53,080 nucleotides of DNA. Source: Candidatus Aerophobota bacterium (GTDB taxonomy: Bacteria > Aerophobota > Aerophobia > Aerophobales > JAGGVN01). Under the pieces are notes generated by a model. That model was not told where the DNA came from and made no database searches. It worked only from the letters and a program-made list of their open reading frames with translations. The stretch's first letter is position 1, and each line of letters starts with the position of its first letter. Of the stretch, positions 18,986 to 28,769 are shown piece by piece. The stretch spans positions 1-53,080 of the forward strand of contig JAGGVN010000096.1 of NCBI GenBank assembly GCA_021158005.1. Direction: 5' to 3'. The position numbers were made by a program, and so were the translations under genes.

Positions 18986-19581
18986 TGGTCATCTTCTGCC
19001 CATTTTTTTAAGACCTCTCTCGCTTTTCTTAAAGCTTTACCTCGATGGCTGATTCGATTTTTTTCTTTAAGGCTAATTTCCGCAAAAGTTTTTTTAAATC
19101 CTTTGGGCTGAAATAAGGGGTCATAACCAAATCCTTGGGATCCTCTCAGATCTTCTACAATTTTCCCTTCGCAGACTCCTTCCACCACGGCTTCTCTATT
19201 TTGGGGATCAGTGATAGCTATCACACATCTAAAGATTGCATCTCGTTTTTCCCAAGGAATTCCTTTTAAGAGAGAAAGAAGCTTTCGGTTATTATCCTCA
19301 TAAGATGCATTTCTTCCAGCAAATCGAGAAGAAAAAGCTCCCGGTATTCCCCCCAGCACCTTCACTTCTAATCCGGTGTCATCTGCTAAAGATATTTTTC
19401 CCGTAAACTTAGCGATAGTTCTTGCTTTAAGGAGGGCGTTATCTCGAAGATTGTCTCCTTCTTCTATTTTAGGAAACCCTGAAAAATCATGGAAGGTGAA
19501 GATTTTTATTTTCAGGTCTTCAAGAAGTTCTTTAATCTCCTTAATCTTATCTAAATTTTGAGTAGCTATTACCACTTCCAC
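18982..19581 (-). CDS. rdgB: non-canonical purine NTP pyrophosphatase
   Basis: ADDTGL, GFGYDPLF, EKNRISHRG; follows rph. Confidence 0.96.
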   Translation of the reverse strand: MEVVIATQNLDKIKEIKELLEDLKIKIFTFHDFSGFPKIEEGDNLRDNALLKARTIAKFTGKISLADDTGLEVKVLGGIPGAFSSRFAGRNASYEDNNRKLLSLLKGIPWEKRDAIFRCVIAITDPQNREAVVEGVCEGKIVEDLRGSQGFGYDPLFQPKGFKKTFAEISLKEKNRISHRGKALRKAREVLKKWAEDDQ

Positions 19582-20297
19582 ATACTCTCTCCTATTACTT
19601 CTTTTTGTATTTCAATAAGTTTTTTTATCCCTTTTTCAGAAAGAACGAGTAACTGTTCAAAAACTTCTCGAGAAAAAGAACTCCCTTCTCCGCTAATTTG
19701 AATTTCCACAAATTTTCCCCTTCCGGTAGCCGCTACATTCATATCTACACTTGCCTGAGAATCTTCGTAAAAAGATAAATCTAACAATTTTTCTCCTTGA
19801 TTAATTCCTACACTCACTGCCGCTAAAGAATCTTTAATAATAGAACTTCGGGTAATTCTTTTCTCCTGAAGCCACTTATCTACATCCACCAGGGCTACAA
19901 AAGCTCCGGTAATGGAAGCACATCTTGTTCCACCGTCTGCTTGAATCACATCACAATCAATCCATATAGTCCATTCTCCCAGTCTTTCTAAATCTATTAC
20001 TCCTCGTAAGGCTCTCCCTATTAATCTTTGAATTTCATAGGACCTTCCTCCCTGTTGGTTTAAATCTCGATAAATTCGCGTAGGAGTGGAATAAGGGAGC
20101 ATGCTATATTCTGCAGTAAGCCAACCCCCTCCACTTCCTCTACGAAAAGGAGGAACTCCTTTTTCTACTAAAGCACTACAAATTACTCTCGTATTCCCCA
20201 TACTTATAAGAGCAGATCCTTGAGCATATTTAAGAAAATTTCTTTCTATCACTACTTTCCTGAGCTCATCAGCATCTCGACCGTCTCTTCTTCTCAC
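19569..20297 (-). CDS. rph: ribonuclease PH
   Basis: TAEYSMLP, EIQRLIGRALR, DCDVIQADGGTR. Confidence 0.97.
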   Translation of the reverse strand: MRRRDGRDADELRKVVIERNFLKYAQGSALISMGNTRVICSALVEKGVPPFRRGSGGGWLTAEYSMLPYSTPTRIYRDLNQQGGRSYEIQRLIGRALRGVIDLERLGEWTIWIDCDVIQADGGTRCASITGAFVALVDVDKWLQEKRITRSSIIKDSLAAVSVGINQGEKLLDLSFYEDSQASVDMNVAATGRGKFVEIQISGEGSSFSREVFEQLLVLSEKGIKKLIEIQKEVIGESMWKW

Positions 20298-20845
20298 TTA
20301 TTCCTCCATAAATTTTGATATAAATCCTCGCCTCTTGCATCTATACCTACTATAGCCGGAAAATCTTCTACCCATAATTTATAAATTGCTTCTGGCTCTA
20401 TTTCAGGAAAGGCAATTATCTCAGCTTTTTTCACTCTCCGGGATAAATAAGCTCCTGCTCCTCCTATGGTAATAAAATAAATTGCCTCGTTCTTCTTTAT
20501 CGCTTCCTTTACTTCCACAGACCTTTGTCCCTTTCCCATAACTCCTCTTAATCCCCGGGAAAGGAGAAGCGGAGTGTATTTATCCATTCGTGAACTGGTA
20601 GTAGGTCCACAGGCACCAATAACCTTCCCTCTTCCGGGCGGTGTGGGAGCGGTATAATAAATGATTTGATCATCTAAAAGAAAGGGAAGGGGTTTTTTCT
20701 CCTTTATTAATCTTACTAACTTTTTGTGAGCAGCATCCCTTGCGGTATAGATAACTCCCGTAATGAGAACTTTCTCACCCGCTTTTAATTTTATTACTTT
20801 TTCTCTTTTTAAAGGAGTAAAGAGTTTAATGAATTCCTTCCCCAA
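20294..20845 (-). CDS. class I fumarate hydratase / Fe-S hydro-lyase beta subunit
   Basis: YTARDAAHK, GPTTSSRMD, GKG, GGAGA. Confidence 0.92.
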   Translation of the reverse strand: MGKEFIKLFTPLKREKVIKLKAGEKVLITGVIYTARDAAHKKLVRLIKEKKPLPFLLDDQIIYYTAPTPPGRGKVIGACGPTTSSRMDKYTPLLLSRGLRGVMGKGQRSVEVKEAIKKNEAIYFITIGGAGAYLSRRVKKAEIIAFPEIEPEAIYKLWVEDFPAIVGIDARGEDLYQNLWRNK

Positions 20846-20846
20846 T

Positions 20847-21914
20847 TTAATTTTCTCCTTTTCTTAGAAAAGTAGGAATTTCTAAATCATTACTGCGAAA
20901 GAGTTTCAATTCTAACTCTTCCCGGTCCGATTCTTCTTCTTTTCCACTGATGAGGAGATTAAGAACAATCTCATCGGTTAGATTTTCATCTATTCCTACT
21001 CCTACAATAATATCTCCTCTTGAAGAAAGGTTATCCTTTACAAGATGAACAGTATCTTTAATCTCCGATAAACTTAAATCTTTTCCTCCCCGAATGTTAA
21101 TTATTATTGCTTCTGTTTTTTTTAAAAAATTTTCGGCATATAAAGAGAAAGAAAAGGCTTTTTTTACCGCCTGTTGAGGCGCATCTTTCCCTTTTCCTCT
21201 CCCGGTAAACACTTGAATGCGGTTCCCCTTTTTTAAAAGAGACTTAACATCTGCGAAATCAAGGTCAAGAAAACCTAATTGGTGAAAAAAATTTCCTATT
21301 CCCAAAATTACTTCTTCTAAAAATTTATCTACTTTTTCAAAACCTTCTTTTAGAGAGAGATTCTCTCCTATTTTCTTCAATAAGTTATCGTTAGGGATAA
21401 CCATTAAAGCGTCTACTATCTTCTCTAAATTCTTAAGACCTTTTTGAGCTTGATTTATTCTTTTTTTACCTTCGAAAAAGAAAGGAAGAATGGTAATTCC
21501 CCAGACTAAGCTGTCCATTTCTTTAACTAACTGAGCTACTATGGGAGAGACACCTGTTCCGGTTCCTTTTCCAAGACCAGTGATTATAATAGAAAGATCC
21601 GTATCTTTTAATACCTCCTTGAGTCTATCTTTTTCCTGAAGAGCCACTTGTTTCCCTATTTCTGGATCACCACCTGCACCCCACCCCCTGGTGATACTCT
21701 CGCCTAATTGTATCTTTTTTCTTACTTTACTCTTTTCTAATGAATTTTTATCAGTATTAAGAACAACGGATTCTATGGAAGGTAGAGAGATATTTAATCG
21801 GGAAACGATTCTACACCCTGCTCCTCCTATTCCCAGAAGCTTAATCCGCACAGAAGATTCCTTTAATATGTGTCCAGAAATTTGATTTGAAGAAGTAGAG
21901 TCTAATTCAATCAT
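20847..21914 (-). CDS. ftsZ: cell division protein FtsZ (divergent)
   Basis: NTD, GAGGDPEIG, GLGKGTGTG, PFFFEGKKR, VIPND, DFADV, C-terminal DLEIPTFLRK. Confidence 0.93.
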   Translation of the reverse strand: MIELDSTSSNQISGHILKESSVRIKLLGIGGAGCRIVSRLNISLPSIESVVLNTDKNSLEKSKVRKKIQLGESITRGWGAGGDPEIGKQVALQEKDRLKEVLKDTDLSIIITGLGKGTGTGVSPIVAQLVKEMDSLVWGITILPFFFEGKKRINQAQKGLKNLEKIVDALMVIPNDNLLKKIGENLSLKEGFEKVDKFLEEVILGIGNFFHQLGFLDLDFADVKSLLKKGNRIQVFTGRGKGKDAPQQAVKKAFSFSLYAENFLKKTEAIIINIRGGKDLSLSEIKDTVHLVKDNLSSRGDIIVGVGIDENLTDEIVLNLLISGKEEESDREELELKLFRSNDLEIPTFLRKGEN

Positions 21915-21957
21915 TAGAGTTTCCCTTTTAATTTAGCCAGAATTCTCTTATATTTTC

Positions 21958-22968
21958 TCAAAACTGATTCAAAAATCGAAGATCATTTTGAAAAAATAGA
22001 CGAATATCATCAACCCCGTATTTTAACATACAAATTCGCTCAACTCCCATTCCAAAAGCAAACCCCTGGTATTTTTCAGGCTCATAACCTACTTTCTTAA
22101 AAACTTCAGGATCTACCATTCCTGCTCCCAGAATTTCCAACCACCCTTTTCTTCCGCAAGTCTTGCATCCTTTTCCTTGGCAAATAACACATTGAATGTC
22201 TAAATCCAGGCTGGGTTCAGTAAAAGGGAAAAAACTTGGACGAAAACGAAGACGCGTAGTCTTACCAAACATCTGGTAGGCAAAGGAGCTAAGCACTCCC
22301 TTCAGGTCTGAGAAAGTAACTTTTTCATCTACGGCTAATCCTTCTACTTGATGAAACATAGGGAAATGAGAAGCATCGATAGCATCACGCCGGTACACTC
22401 TACCGGGCACAATTATCCGGATGGGGGGCGATTCTTTTTCCATTACCCTAATTTGGACCGGTGAGGTATGACTCCTTAAAAGATAACCTTTATTTAGATA
22501 AAAAGAATCGTATTCATTTCTTGCCGGATGATACCTGGGCATATTTAGAGCCTCAAAATTATAATATTCTGTCTCTATTTCCGGTCCTCTCACTACCCGG
22601 AAACCCATACTTACAAAGATTCTTTTAATTTTTTCGGTAGTTTGCGTAAGAGGATGAAGTTTCCCTATTCGGGGCTTTCTTCCGGGAAAAGTTACATCCA
22701 CTCGTTCTTCCACTTCCTCTTCACTGCTTATCTCTTTTCTCTTCTTATCCAGCAATTGCTGAATTTCCCTTTTAATCTCATTGGCTAATCTTCCTGCAAA
22801 AGGTCTCTCTTGAAGAGGGAGAGTGGTTATATTTTTCAATAGTTCAGTAATCTTACCCCTCTTTCTTCCCAAAAATTCAATCCGCACCTTCTCTAATTCT
22901 TCCTTATTTTTTATTCTCTCAATTTTTTCTTTAGCTTCCTGGCGAATCTTTTTAACTATCCTCTCCAA
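21958..22968 (-). CDS. pheS: phenylalanine--tRNA ligase alpha subunit
   Basis: HPAR, LLRSHTSPVQ, FHQVEGL, FPFTEPS, GFAFGMGVER. Confidence 0.98.
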   Translation of the reverse strand: MERIVKKIRQEAKEKIERIKNKEELEKVRIEFLGRKRGKITELLKNITTLPLQERPFAGRLANEIKREIQQLLDKKRKEISSEEEVEERVDVTFPGRKPRIGKLHPLTQTTEKIKRIFVSMGFRVVRGPEIETEYYNFEALNMPRYHPARNEYDSFYLNKGYLLRSHTSPVQIRVMEKESPPIRIIVPGRVYRRDAIDASHFPMFHQVEGLAVDEKVTFSDLKGVLSSFAYQMFGKTTRLRFRPSFFPFTEPSLDLDIQCVICQGKGCKTCGRKGWLEILGAGMVDPEVFKKVGYEPEKYQGFAFGMGVERICMLKYGVDDIRLFFQNDLRFLNQF

Positions 22969-22992
22969 TTTTCATTACCCTTTTATTCTGAA

Positions 22993-24510
22993 CTATTTAT
23001 TCTGTTTTTCTCTATAAATTAATCGATTTACAGCATCAATATAAGCTTTAGCACTGGCTTCAATAATATCGGTACTTACTCCTCTTCCACTGACTATCTC
23101 CTTTTCCTTCTTAATTTTTACCATAACCTCTCCTAAGGCATCTTTTCCTTCGGTAACTGCATGCAAAGAATAGTCTACCAGAGTTACTTTTACTCCCGTA
23201 ATCCTATCTATAGCCTTATAAACAGCATCAACAGGGCCATCTCCACAAGCTGCTTCCTGAAATACTTTATTTCCTTTTTTAATTCTTACTGTCGCTGTAG
23301 AAATAACCTGATTTCCGCTAATTGTATGAAGATAATCCAGAGAAAAAATTTGAGGAACCCGAAGAGCCTCCTCCTCTACTATAAAAATAAGATCCTCGTC
23401 AAAAACCTCTTTCTTCTTATCTGCCAGTCTTTTAAAAGACTTAAATGCATTCTCCAGTTCCTCTTCTTTTAAACGAAACCCCAATTTTTTTAATCTTTCT
23501 TTGAAAGCATGGCTTCCGGAAAGCTTCCCTAAAACCAGCTCTCCTTGCTCTACTCCTACTGAAGAAGGATTAATTATCTCATAAGTAGTGGTTTTTTTAA
23601 GTATGCCATCTTGATGAATTCCAGCCGCATGGCGAAAGGCATTTTTCCCTACGATAGCCTTGTTAGGCTGGACAGGAAGCCCTGTAAGACGGGATACAAG
23701 ACGACTGGTTCTATAAATTTCTGTAGTCTTTATATTTACCGAAAACCCGAAGAAATCTTCACGGGTCTTTAAAGCCATTACTACTTCTTCAAGAGAAGCA
23801 TTTCCTGCTCTTTCCCCAATTCCGTTGATAGTGCATTCTACTTGACTAACCCCGCTTTTTACAGCGCAAAGAGAATTAGCAGTAGCCATTCCTAAATCAT
23901 TATGACAATGACAACTGAGAATAGCCTTTTCTATATTAGAAACATTTTCCCTAATCTTTTTAAAAAGATCAGCAAATTCAAAGGGAACGGAATAGCCTAC
24001 AGTATCGGGAATATTAATTATTTCCGCCCCTTCCTCAATAACTGCCTCCAGGACTTTATATAAGAATGAAAACTCAGTCCGCGAAGCATCTTCCGGAGAA
24101 AATTCTATCTCGCAATTGAATTTTTTAGCTAATTTTACTCCTTCTACAGCTAATCTGAGGACTTCTTCCGGAGTCTTCTTTAACTTGTATTTCATATGAA
24201 TAGGAGAGGTAGCAATGAAAATGTGAATTCTTCCTTTTCTTGCATTTTTCAAAGCTTCTCCTGCTTTTTCTATATCTTTGGGAAGAGCTCGAGCCAGTGC
24301 ACAAATTACCGGATTCTTAATCTTTTCACTTATCTCTTTTACTGCTTCCAGATCTCCCGGGGAAGAAGCGGGAAAACCTGCCTCTATCACATCTACTTTC
24401 AATTTTTCTAATTGTTTGGCTATCTCCAGTTTTTCTTTAGTAGTAAAACCCACTCCTGGTGATTGCTCCCCATCACGAAGAGTCGTATCAAAAATATATA
24501 TTCGTCTCAT
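22993..24510 (-). CDS. leuA: 2-isopropylmalate synthase
   Basis: DTTLRDGEQ, HCHNDLG, GIGERAGN, GIHQDG, C-terminal regulatory domain GDGPVDA. Confidence 0.96.
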   Translation of the reverse strand: MRRIYIFDTTLRDGEQSPGVGFTTKEKLEIAKQLEKLKVDVIEAGFPASSPGDLEAVKEISEKIKNPVICALARALPKDIEKAGEALKNARKGRIHIFIATSPIHMKYKLKKTPEEVLRLAVEGVKLAKKFNCEIEFSPEDASRTEFSFLYKVLEAVIEEGAEIINIPDTVGYSVPFEFADLFKKIRENVSNIEKAILSCHCHNDLGMATANSLCAVKSGVSQVECTINGIGERAGNASLEEVVMALKTREDFFGFSVNIKTTEIYRTSRLVSRLTGLPVQPNKAIVGKNAFRHAAGIHQDGILKKTTTYEIINPSSVGVEQGELVLGKLSGSHAFKERLKKLGFRLKEEELENAFKSFKRLADKKKEVFDEDLIFIVEEEALRVPQIFSLDYLHTISGNQVISTATVRIKKGNKVFQEAACGDGPVDAVYKAIDRITGVKVTLVDYSLHAVTEGKDALGEVMVKIKKEKEIVSGRGVSTDIIEASAKAYIDAVNRLIYREKQNK

Positions 24511-24557
24511 TTAATATCCTTTTTAACCTTATCGAAAAACTTTAGCCTTTTTATAGA

Positions 24558-25700
24558 CTATTTAAGATGTTGAGGATCGGTAACTCTTTTTACCTCCTTT
24601 ATCTTTTTCTCCCGAGAAGTCTTCTTTAAACTTTCCAGAAGTTCTTCGTATTCTTCGCGATCAAGAGGAAGATCGACTGTTTTACCTTTTTTTCCGGAAA
24701 GAATAAGAGCGTTGAGGAACTCTACGCTCCATAAACCCTCTTCTCCTGGAGAGATGAGCTCTTCTCCAAAGAGAATAGCACGACAGAAATTTCGAATAAT
24801 TTCTTTATGTCCTGTTTCACATTGAGGAAGTTCTAATTTTTCTTCAATCACTTTTGGAGAAGCCCACATCTCTTTAGCAGAAAAGGTAAAATTGGAGATC
24901 GAGTCTTCCAGGGAATAAAATTTTAAAGACCCATTTTGATAAACCAATTTCCCTTTTTCGCCACAGATCTCCATAAAATTAGTAGGAGGAGCTTCATTAG
25001 TAGTAGTATAATAGTAACCCCAGGCTCCATTTGGGTATTCTAATAGAGCCATAGCTTCATCTTCAACCTCAATTTTATGAAGGTGAGTGCGCACTTTAGC
25101 CATAATTTTGCTTGGTCGTCCACCTAAAAGAAGAAAGAGGTCTATCCCATGAGGAGCTTGATTTATAACTACTCCTCCCCCTTCTCCCTTCCAGGTAGCT
25201 CGCCAGGTAGCACTATCATAATAAGCCTGAGGACGATAATTTGATTGAATAAGACAGGTTCTTCTTATTTCTCCTAATTTTCCACTTTCCACAATCTTCC
25301 TGGCTACTCTCACCTCTGGTAGAGTTCTCATTTGATACATTACCGCGAAGACTCTTTTATTCTTATGAGCAGATTCTACAAACTTATCTGCTTCTTTAAT
25401 AGATACAGCAATGGGTTTTTCCGAAAGACAATGGAAGCCTTTTTCCATTGCTGCTATTCCTACAGAAGGATGAAAATAGTGAGGAGTAGCCACCAGGACT
25501 GCATCTACAAGATTACTGTCTAAGAGCTCTTTATAATCACTAAAACCCGGAACTTTATATTCCTCCGAGACTTTTTTAGTCACTTTGGGGTCAATATCAC
25601 ACACACAAGTAAGTTCCGCCTCAGGAATTTCTTTAATCTTCATAAGATGCCCTTGACCCATTCCTCCTATTCCAATTACTCCTATTCTAATCTTTTTCAT
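24558..25700 (-). CDS. Gfo/Idh/MocA-family NAD(P)-dependent oxidoreductase
   Basis: GVIGIGGMG, ATPHYFH, EKP, GGGVVINQAPH. Confidence 0.93.
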   Translation of the reverse strand: MKKIRIGVIGIGGMGQGHLMKIKEIPEAELTCVCDIDPKVTKKVSEEYKVPGFSDYKELLDSNLVDAVLVATPHYFHPSVGIAAMEKGFHCLSEKPIAVSIKEADKFVESAHKNKRVFAVMYQMRTLPEVRVARKIVESGKLGEIRRTCLIQSNYRPQAYYDSATWRATWKGEGGGVVINQAPHGIDLFLLLGGRPSKIMAKVRTHLHKIEVEDEAMALLEYPNGAWGYYYTTTNEAPPTNFMEICGEKGKLVYQNGSLKFYSLEDSISNFTFSAKEMWASPKVIEEKLELPQCETGHKEIIRNFCRAILFGEELISPGEEGLWSVEFLNALILSGKKGKTVDLPLDREEYEELLESLKKTSREKKIKEVKRVTDPQHLK

Positions 25701-25900
25701 TGTTTTTCTCCTTTAACTCCCCAGAAAATTATATTTATAATTCGCTACCGCGGGTATTCCCCTGAAGAAACCCTAAGGGGATCTACTGCTCTGCGGAAAG
25801 GAATGTCCGAAGTCTCTTTAATAAAATATACTTTTTCTATTATCAGGAGTCTGTCAAGAAGTTACTTCATTTATCCTCACCCCAAAATCAGTCTATAGAG

Positions 25901-27040
25901 TCAAACAACTACTATCTCTGGAGGATTAATATAGTTATGATAAGCTTCCTTTACTCTTCCTTTCCTCGCATTTCCCTTATGGAGAAAGAGACGGTAACGG
26001 AATATTAAATTTTTACCCCGAGTAAGAATATAGGAACCATCACGACGAGAATCGTTATAGTAGTAAGAGAGCGCAAAGGGATTAGCCGTCATTAGTCCAT
26101 AATTTCGCACATGCCAGTAAGTAGGATAGCGAAAATTCAGAGGATGATCAAAGATAGATAAACCTACTTCTTCTCCCTGAATAGGTCCGGAGTAGTCACA
26201 CCAGTGGGCTCTTTTTCCCCAGGTTTCTTTTTCGTACATTCCTCCGTAAGTATTCTCAATAACCCCATTTTTATCAGCGTTGATCAGGGGATTTACTCGA
26301 ATAGAAAGAATTCCTCCCTCTTTAGTATCGCCAAATTTTACATCTCCTTCTGTAGCTCGAAAATTTATTTCAAAGTCAATTATCCGAGGAATGACAAGAT
26401 TATAAATTCTTATAGTCCTCTCTTCTTCTAAGATTTTTTTTCTATCTTTATCTGTCCAATAGTTCTTAGCTTCAATTTCTCCAAAGACAGGCCCGGAAAT
26501 TATCTCTCTAAATCCTTTATGTATCTGGTATCCGTGTTTTTCTTCCTCGCTCCAGTTATCTACCCCGTTAACGTCCCCATGGGCTATCCAGCAGGAACGG
26601 TGATGAATATGGTCAAATTTTTCCGGATTTCCCGGACTTGCCGGAGCGCGAGTAAGATTTCTTCCTTCTTCATCAGTAATAGGCCATAAATATGGACGAA
26701 CAATAGATTCGTTATAATAATAACGGGAAAAAACTTTCTCACCTATCCTTATTTCTAAATTCGATTCCTTTTTGAGTATTTCTACTCCCTTATTCTCGGA
26801 GAAAACTTTCCCCTTCTGAGGAATTAAGAGGTATCTTTTTTCTTCCCCCGGAGATAAATCTTTAATTATCCAGAAGAGAAAAGTTCCCCTTCCGTTTTTT
26901 TTCATCTGCAGAGCTACTTCCTTATCTTCCTTTTCTTCTATTAATTTTGCTCTTTTTAGCTCCTCTTTTAAGAAGAGGGTAACAGGACAATTATTTCGAT
27001 AGTGCCAGCCACTTTTCACAATTATTCTCTTTTCAGCCAT
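25901..27040 (-). CDS. DUF6807 ('PmoA family') beta-sandwich carbohydrate-active protein
   Basis: RPYLWP, DHIHHRS.W, FGDTKEGG, DHPLNFRYPTYWHVRNYGL. Confidence 0.75.
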   Translation of the reverse strand: MAEKRIIVKSGWHYRNNCPVTLFLKEELKRAKLIEEKEDKEVALQMKKNGRGTFLFWIIKDLSPGEEKRYLLIPQKGKVFSENKGVEILKKESNLEIRIGEKVFSRYYYNESIVRPYLWPITDEEGRNLTRAPASPGNPEKFDHIHHRSCWIAHGDVNGVDNWSEEEKHGYQIHKGFREIISGPVFGEIEAKNYWTDKDRKKILEEERTIRIYNLVIPRIIDFEINFRATEGDVKFGDTKEGGILSIRVNPLINADKNGVIENTYGGMYEKETWGKRAHWCDYSGPIQGEEVGLSIFDHPLNFRYPTYWHVRNYGLMTANPFALSYYYNDSRRDGSYILTRGKNLIFRYRLFLHKGNARKGRVKEAYHNYINPPEIVVV

Positions 27041-27053
27041 CTTTTTCTCCTTA

Positions 27054-27875
27054 TTACAGAAACTTTTTTAAATAAATAAGGCTGTCCTTAGCAATTTTTC
27101 TTGGTCCAGGAGAGATATCAAAAACTTCCACCGAGATGAATCCCGAGTATTTAATTTCCCTCAGAGCTTCTATTATGGGTGCAAAATCTACTCTTCCAAA
27201 TCCCGGTCCCTGACCATTAGGATCATTAGCATGAAAATGGAAAAGATAATCCTTATTTTCTTTAATTATCCGGGGAATAGGTCTTTCCTCATCACTCATT
27301 GCCTTTACATCTAAATGGAGTTTAAAATTAGGATGATTAATTTCTTTAATTAAGGAGACTGCTTCTTTAGCTGTATTAATAAAGTTAGTTTCAGATCTGG
27401 CTAAGGGCTCTATGCAAATAATAACCCCTCTTTCTTTAGCTCTTTCCGCAGACTCAATAAAAACCTCCTTTACTCTAGCTTTTGTCTCTTCATAATTTGA
27501 GTCTTTTTCTATATTCCTTTGCTTTGGTGAACCAAAGATAAGCATTCTCCCTCCTATATCTGCGCAAAAATCAATAAGAGATTTCAGATACTCAGTCGTC
27601 TTCTTCCTTATCTTTTTATCAAAGGAACTGACCGAAAGCCCCGGAGGACTGACTAAGAGCCAATGAAGACCAATCACTTCCAGCCCGTAATTCTTAGCCA
27701 GAGAACTAATCTCCTTCCTCTTCGAGAGAGGAATCTCCTCTACTGAAGAAGCTAAAGTAAAGGGAGCAAATTCTATTCCCTCATAACCAAGATTGGCAAT
27801 ATATTCCATAATATCCTTCAAAGGCCAGAATTTATTATCTTCCTTAAATGTCTCGTTACAAATCCCTAATTTCAT
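27054..27875 (-). CDS. sugar phosphate isomerase/epimerase (xylose isomerase-like TIM barrel, ketose 3-epimerase-like)
   Basis: GIEFAP, FGSPKQR, EPL..ETNFIN, HLD, HFHAND, SVEVF. Confidence 0.88.
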   Translation of the reverse strand: MKLGICNETFKEDNKFWPLKDIMEYIANLGYEGIEFAPFTLASSVEEIPLSKRKEISSLAKNYGLEVIGLHWLLVSPPGLSVSSFDKKIRKKTTEYLKSLIDFCADIGGRMLIFGSPKQRNIEKDSNYEETKARVKEVFIESAERAKERGVIICIEPLARSETNFINTAKEAVSLIKEINHPNFKLHLDVKAMSDEERPIPRIIKENKDYLFHFHANDPNGQGPGFGRVDFAPIIEALREIKYSGFISVEVFDISPGPRKIAKDSLIYLKKFL

Positions 27876-28612
27876 TTATTACTCTTTCTTTTTAGAATTT
27901 TCCAGGCTCTTTTTAACTCCTCAGGAGTATTTACCCCCAAGACTACCAGAGAATCTTTGGTCCGCATGGCTTCCACTCTCAACCCCTTTTGATGAAAGAG
28001 CTCAACAACATCGGTGAGATAATACTCTCTACTTGCATTATTACACTTTAACAGGGGAAGAACGGGAAGAAGTTCTCTTGTATTAAAGCAGTAAATACCA
28101 CTGTTTACCTCCTTAATTTTTAACTCTTCAGAGGTAGCATCCTTAATTTCTACAATTTTTTTTATCTGTCTATATCCATCTCGAACAATTCTCCCGTAAT
28201 GAGTGGGATTAGGAAGAAGAGCAGTTAAAACAGTTGCTGCTGATTCTCTTTTTCGCTGATATTGAACCAATTCTTTCAGAATGGAGGGGGTAACGAAAGG
28301 AGCGTCACCAGGAAGGACAATTAATTCCCCTCCAAAATCTTTCAGAAGAGGAATAGCTTGCTTAAGAGCATCTCCCGTACCTCGCCTTTCCTTCTGATAT
28401 ACATACTCAAAATTATTTCCCAGAACCGATTTTACCTTTTCTGCTTGATGACCTACAACCACAATAACTTTACTCACACCACTCTTAACACAAGCACCCA
28501 CTGGAAATTTCACCAGTTCCTGGTAATCTATTCGATGAAGTAACTTGGTTAAAGGTGATTTCATTCGTGTTCCTTCACCTGCTGCCAGGACTACCGCCCT
28601 TACATTTTTCAT
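27872..28612 (-). CDS. stand-alone GlmU-like sugar-phosphate nucleotidyltransferase (no acetyltransferase domain)
   Basis: VLAAGEGTRMKS, GTGDA, YGRIVRD, EVNSGIY, EYYLTD, GVN; ends at 246 aa. Confidence 0.9.
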   Translation of the reverse strand: MKNVRAVVLAAGEGTRMKSPLTKLLHRIDYQELVKFPVGACVKSGVSKVIVVVGHQAEKVKSVLGNNFEYVYQKERRGTGDALKQAIPLLKDFGGELIVLPGDAPFVTPSILKELVQYQRKRESAATVLTALLPNPTHYGRIVRDGYRQIKKIVEIKDATSEELKIKEVNSGIYCFNTRELLPVLPLLKCNNASREYYLTDVVELFHQKGLRVEAMRTKDSLVVLGVNTPEELKRAWKILKRKSNK

Positions 28613-28649
28613 TATCTTTTCTCCTTCTTAATTATTAACAGCGCTTTCT

Positions 28650-28715
28650 CTAAGAAAATTTTCTTAGCATTCTTAAAGATTTAATTTACTATAACATTAA
28701 TTTAAGCTCTGTCAA
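28650..28715 (-). promoter_or_regulatory. promoter plus palindromic operator for the nucleotidyltransferase-epimerase operon
   Basis: TTGACA-16 nt-TATAGT with TG (28715-28688); perfect palindrome CTAAGAAAATTTTCTTAG at 28650-28667. Confidence 0.6.
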
Positions 28716-28769
28716 CTTTCCCGCCCGTTCCCTCTTAACAAAAAATTCTATAATTCAGCGTCCTTAAAT

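Noticed and set aside
22952-22980. Frameshift or regulatory uORF at the pheS start (out-of-frame ATG at 22975)
   Set aside because: In-frame TTG gives a normal-length PheS with a plausible SD; no room for a T-box
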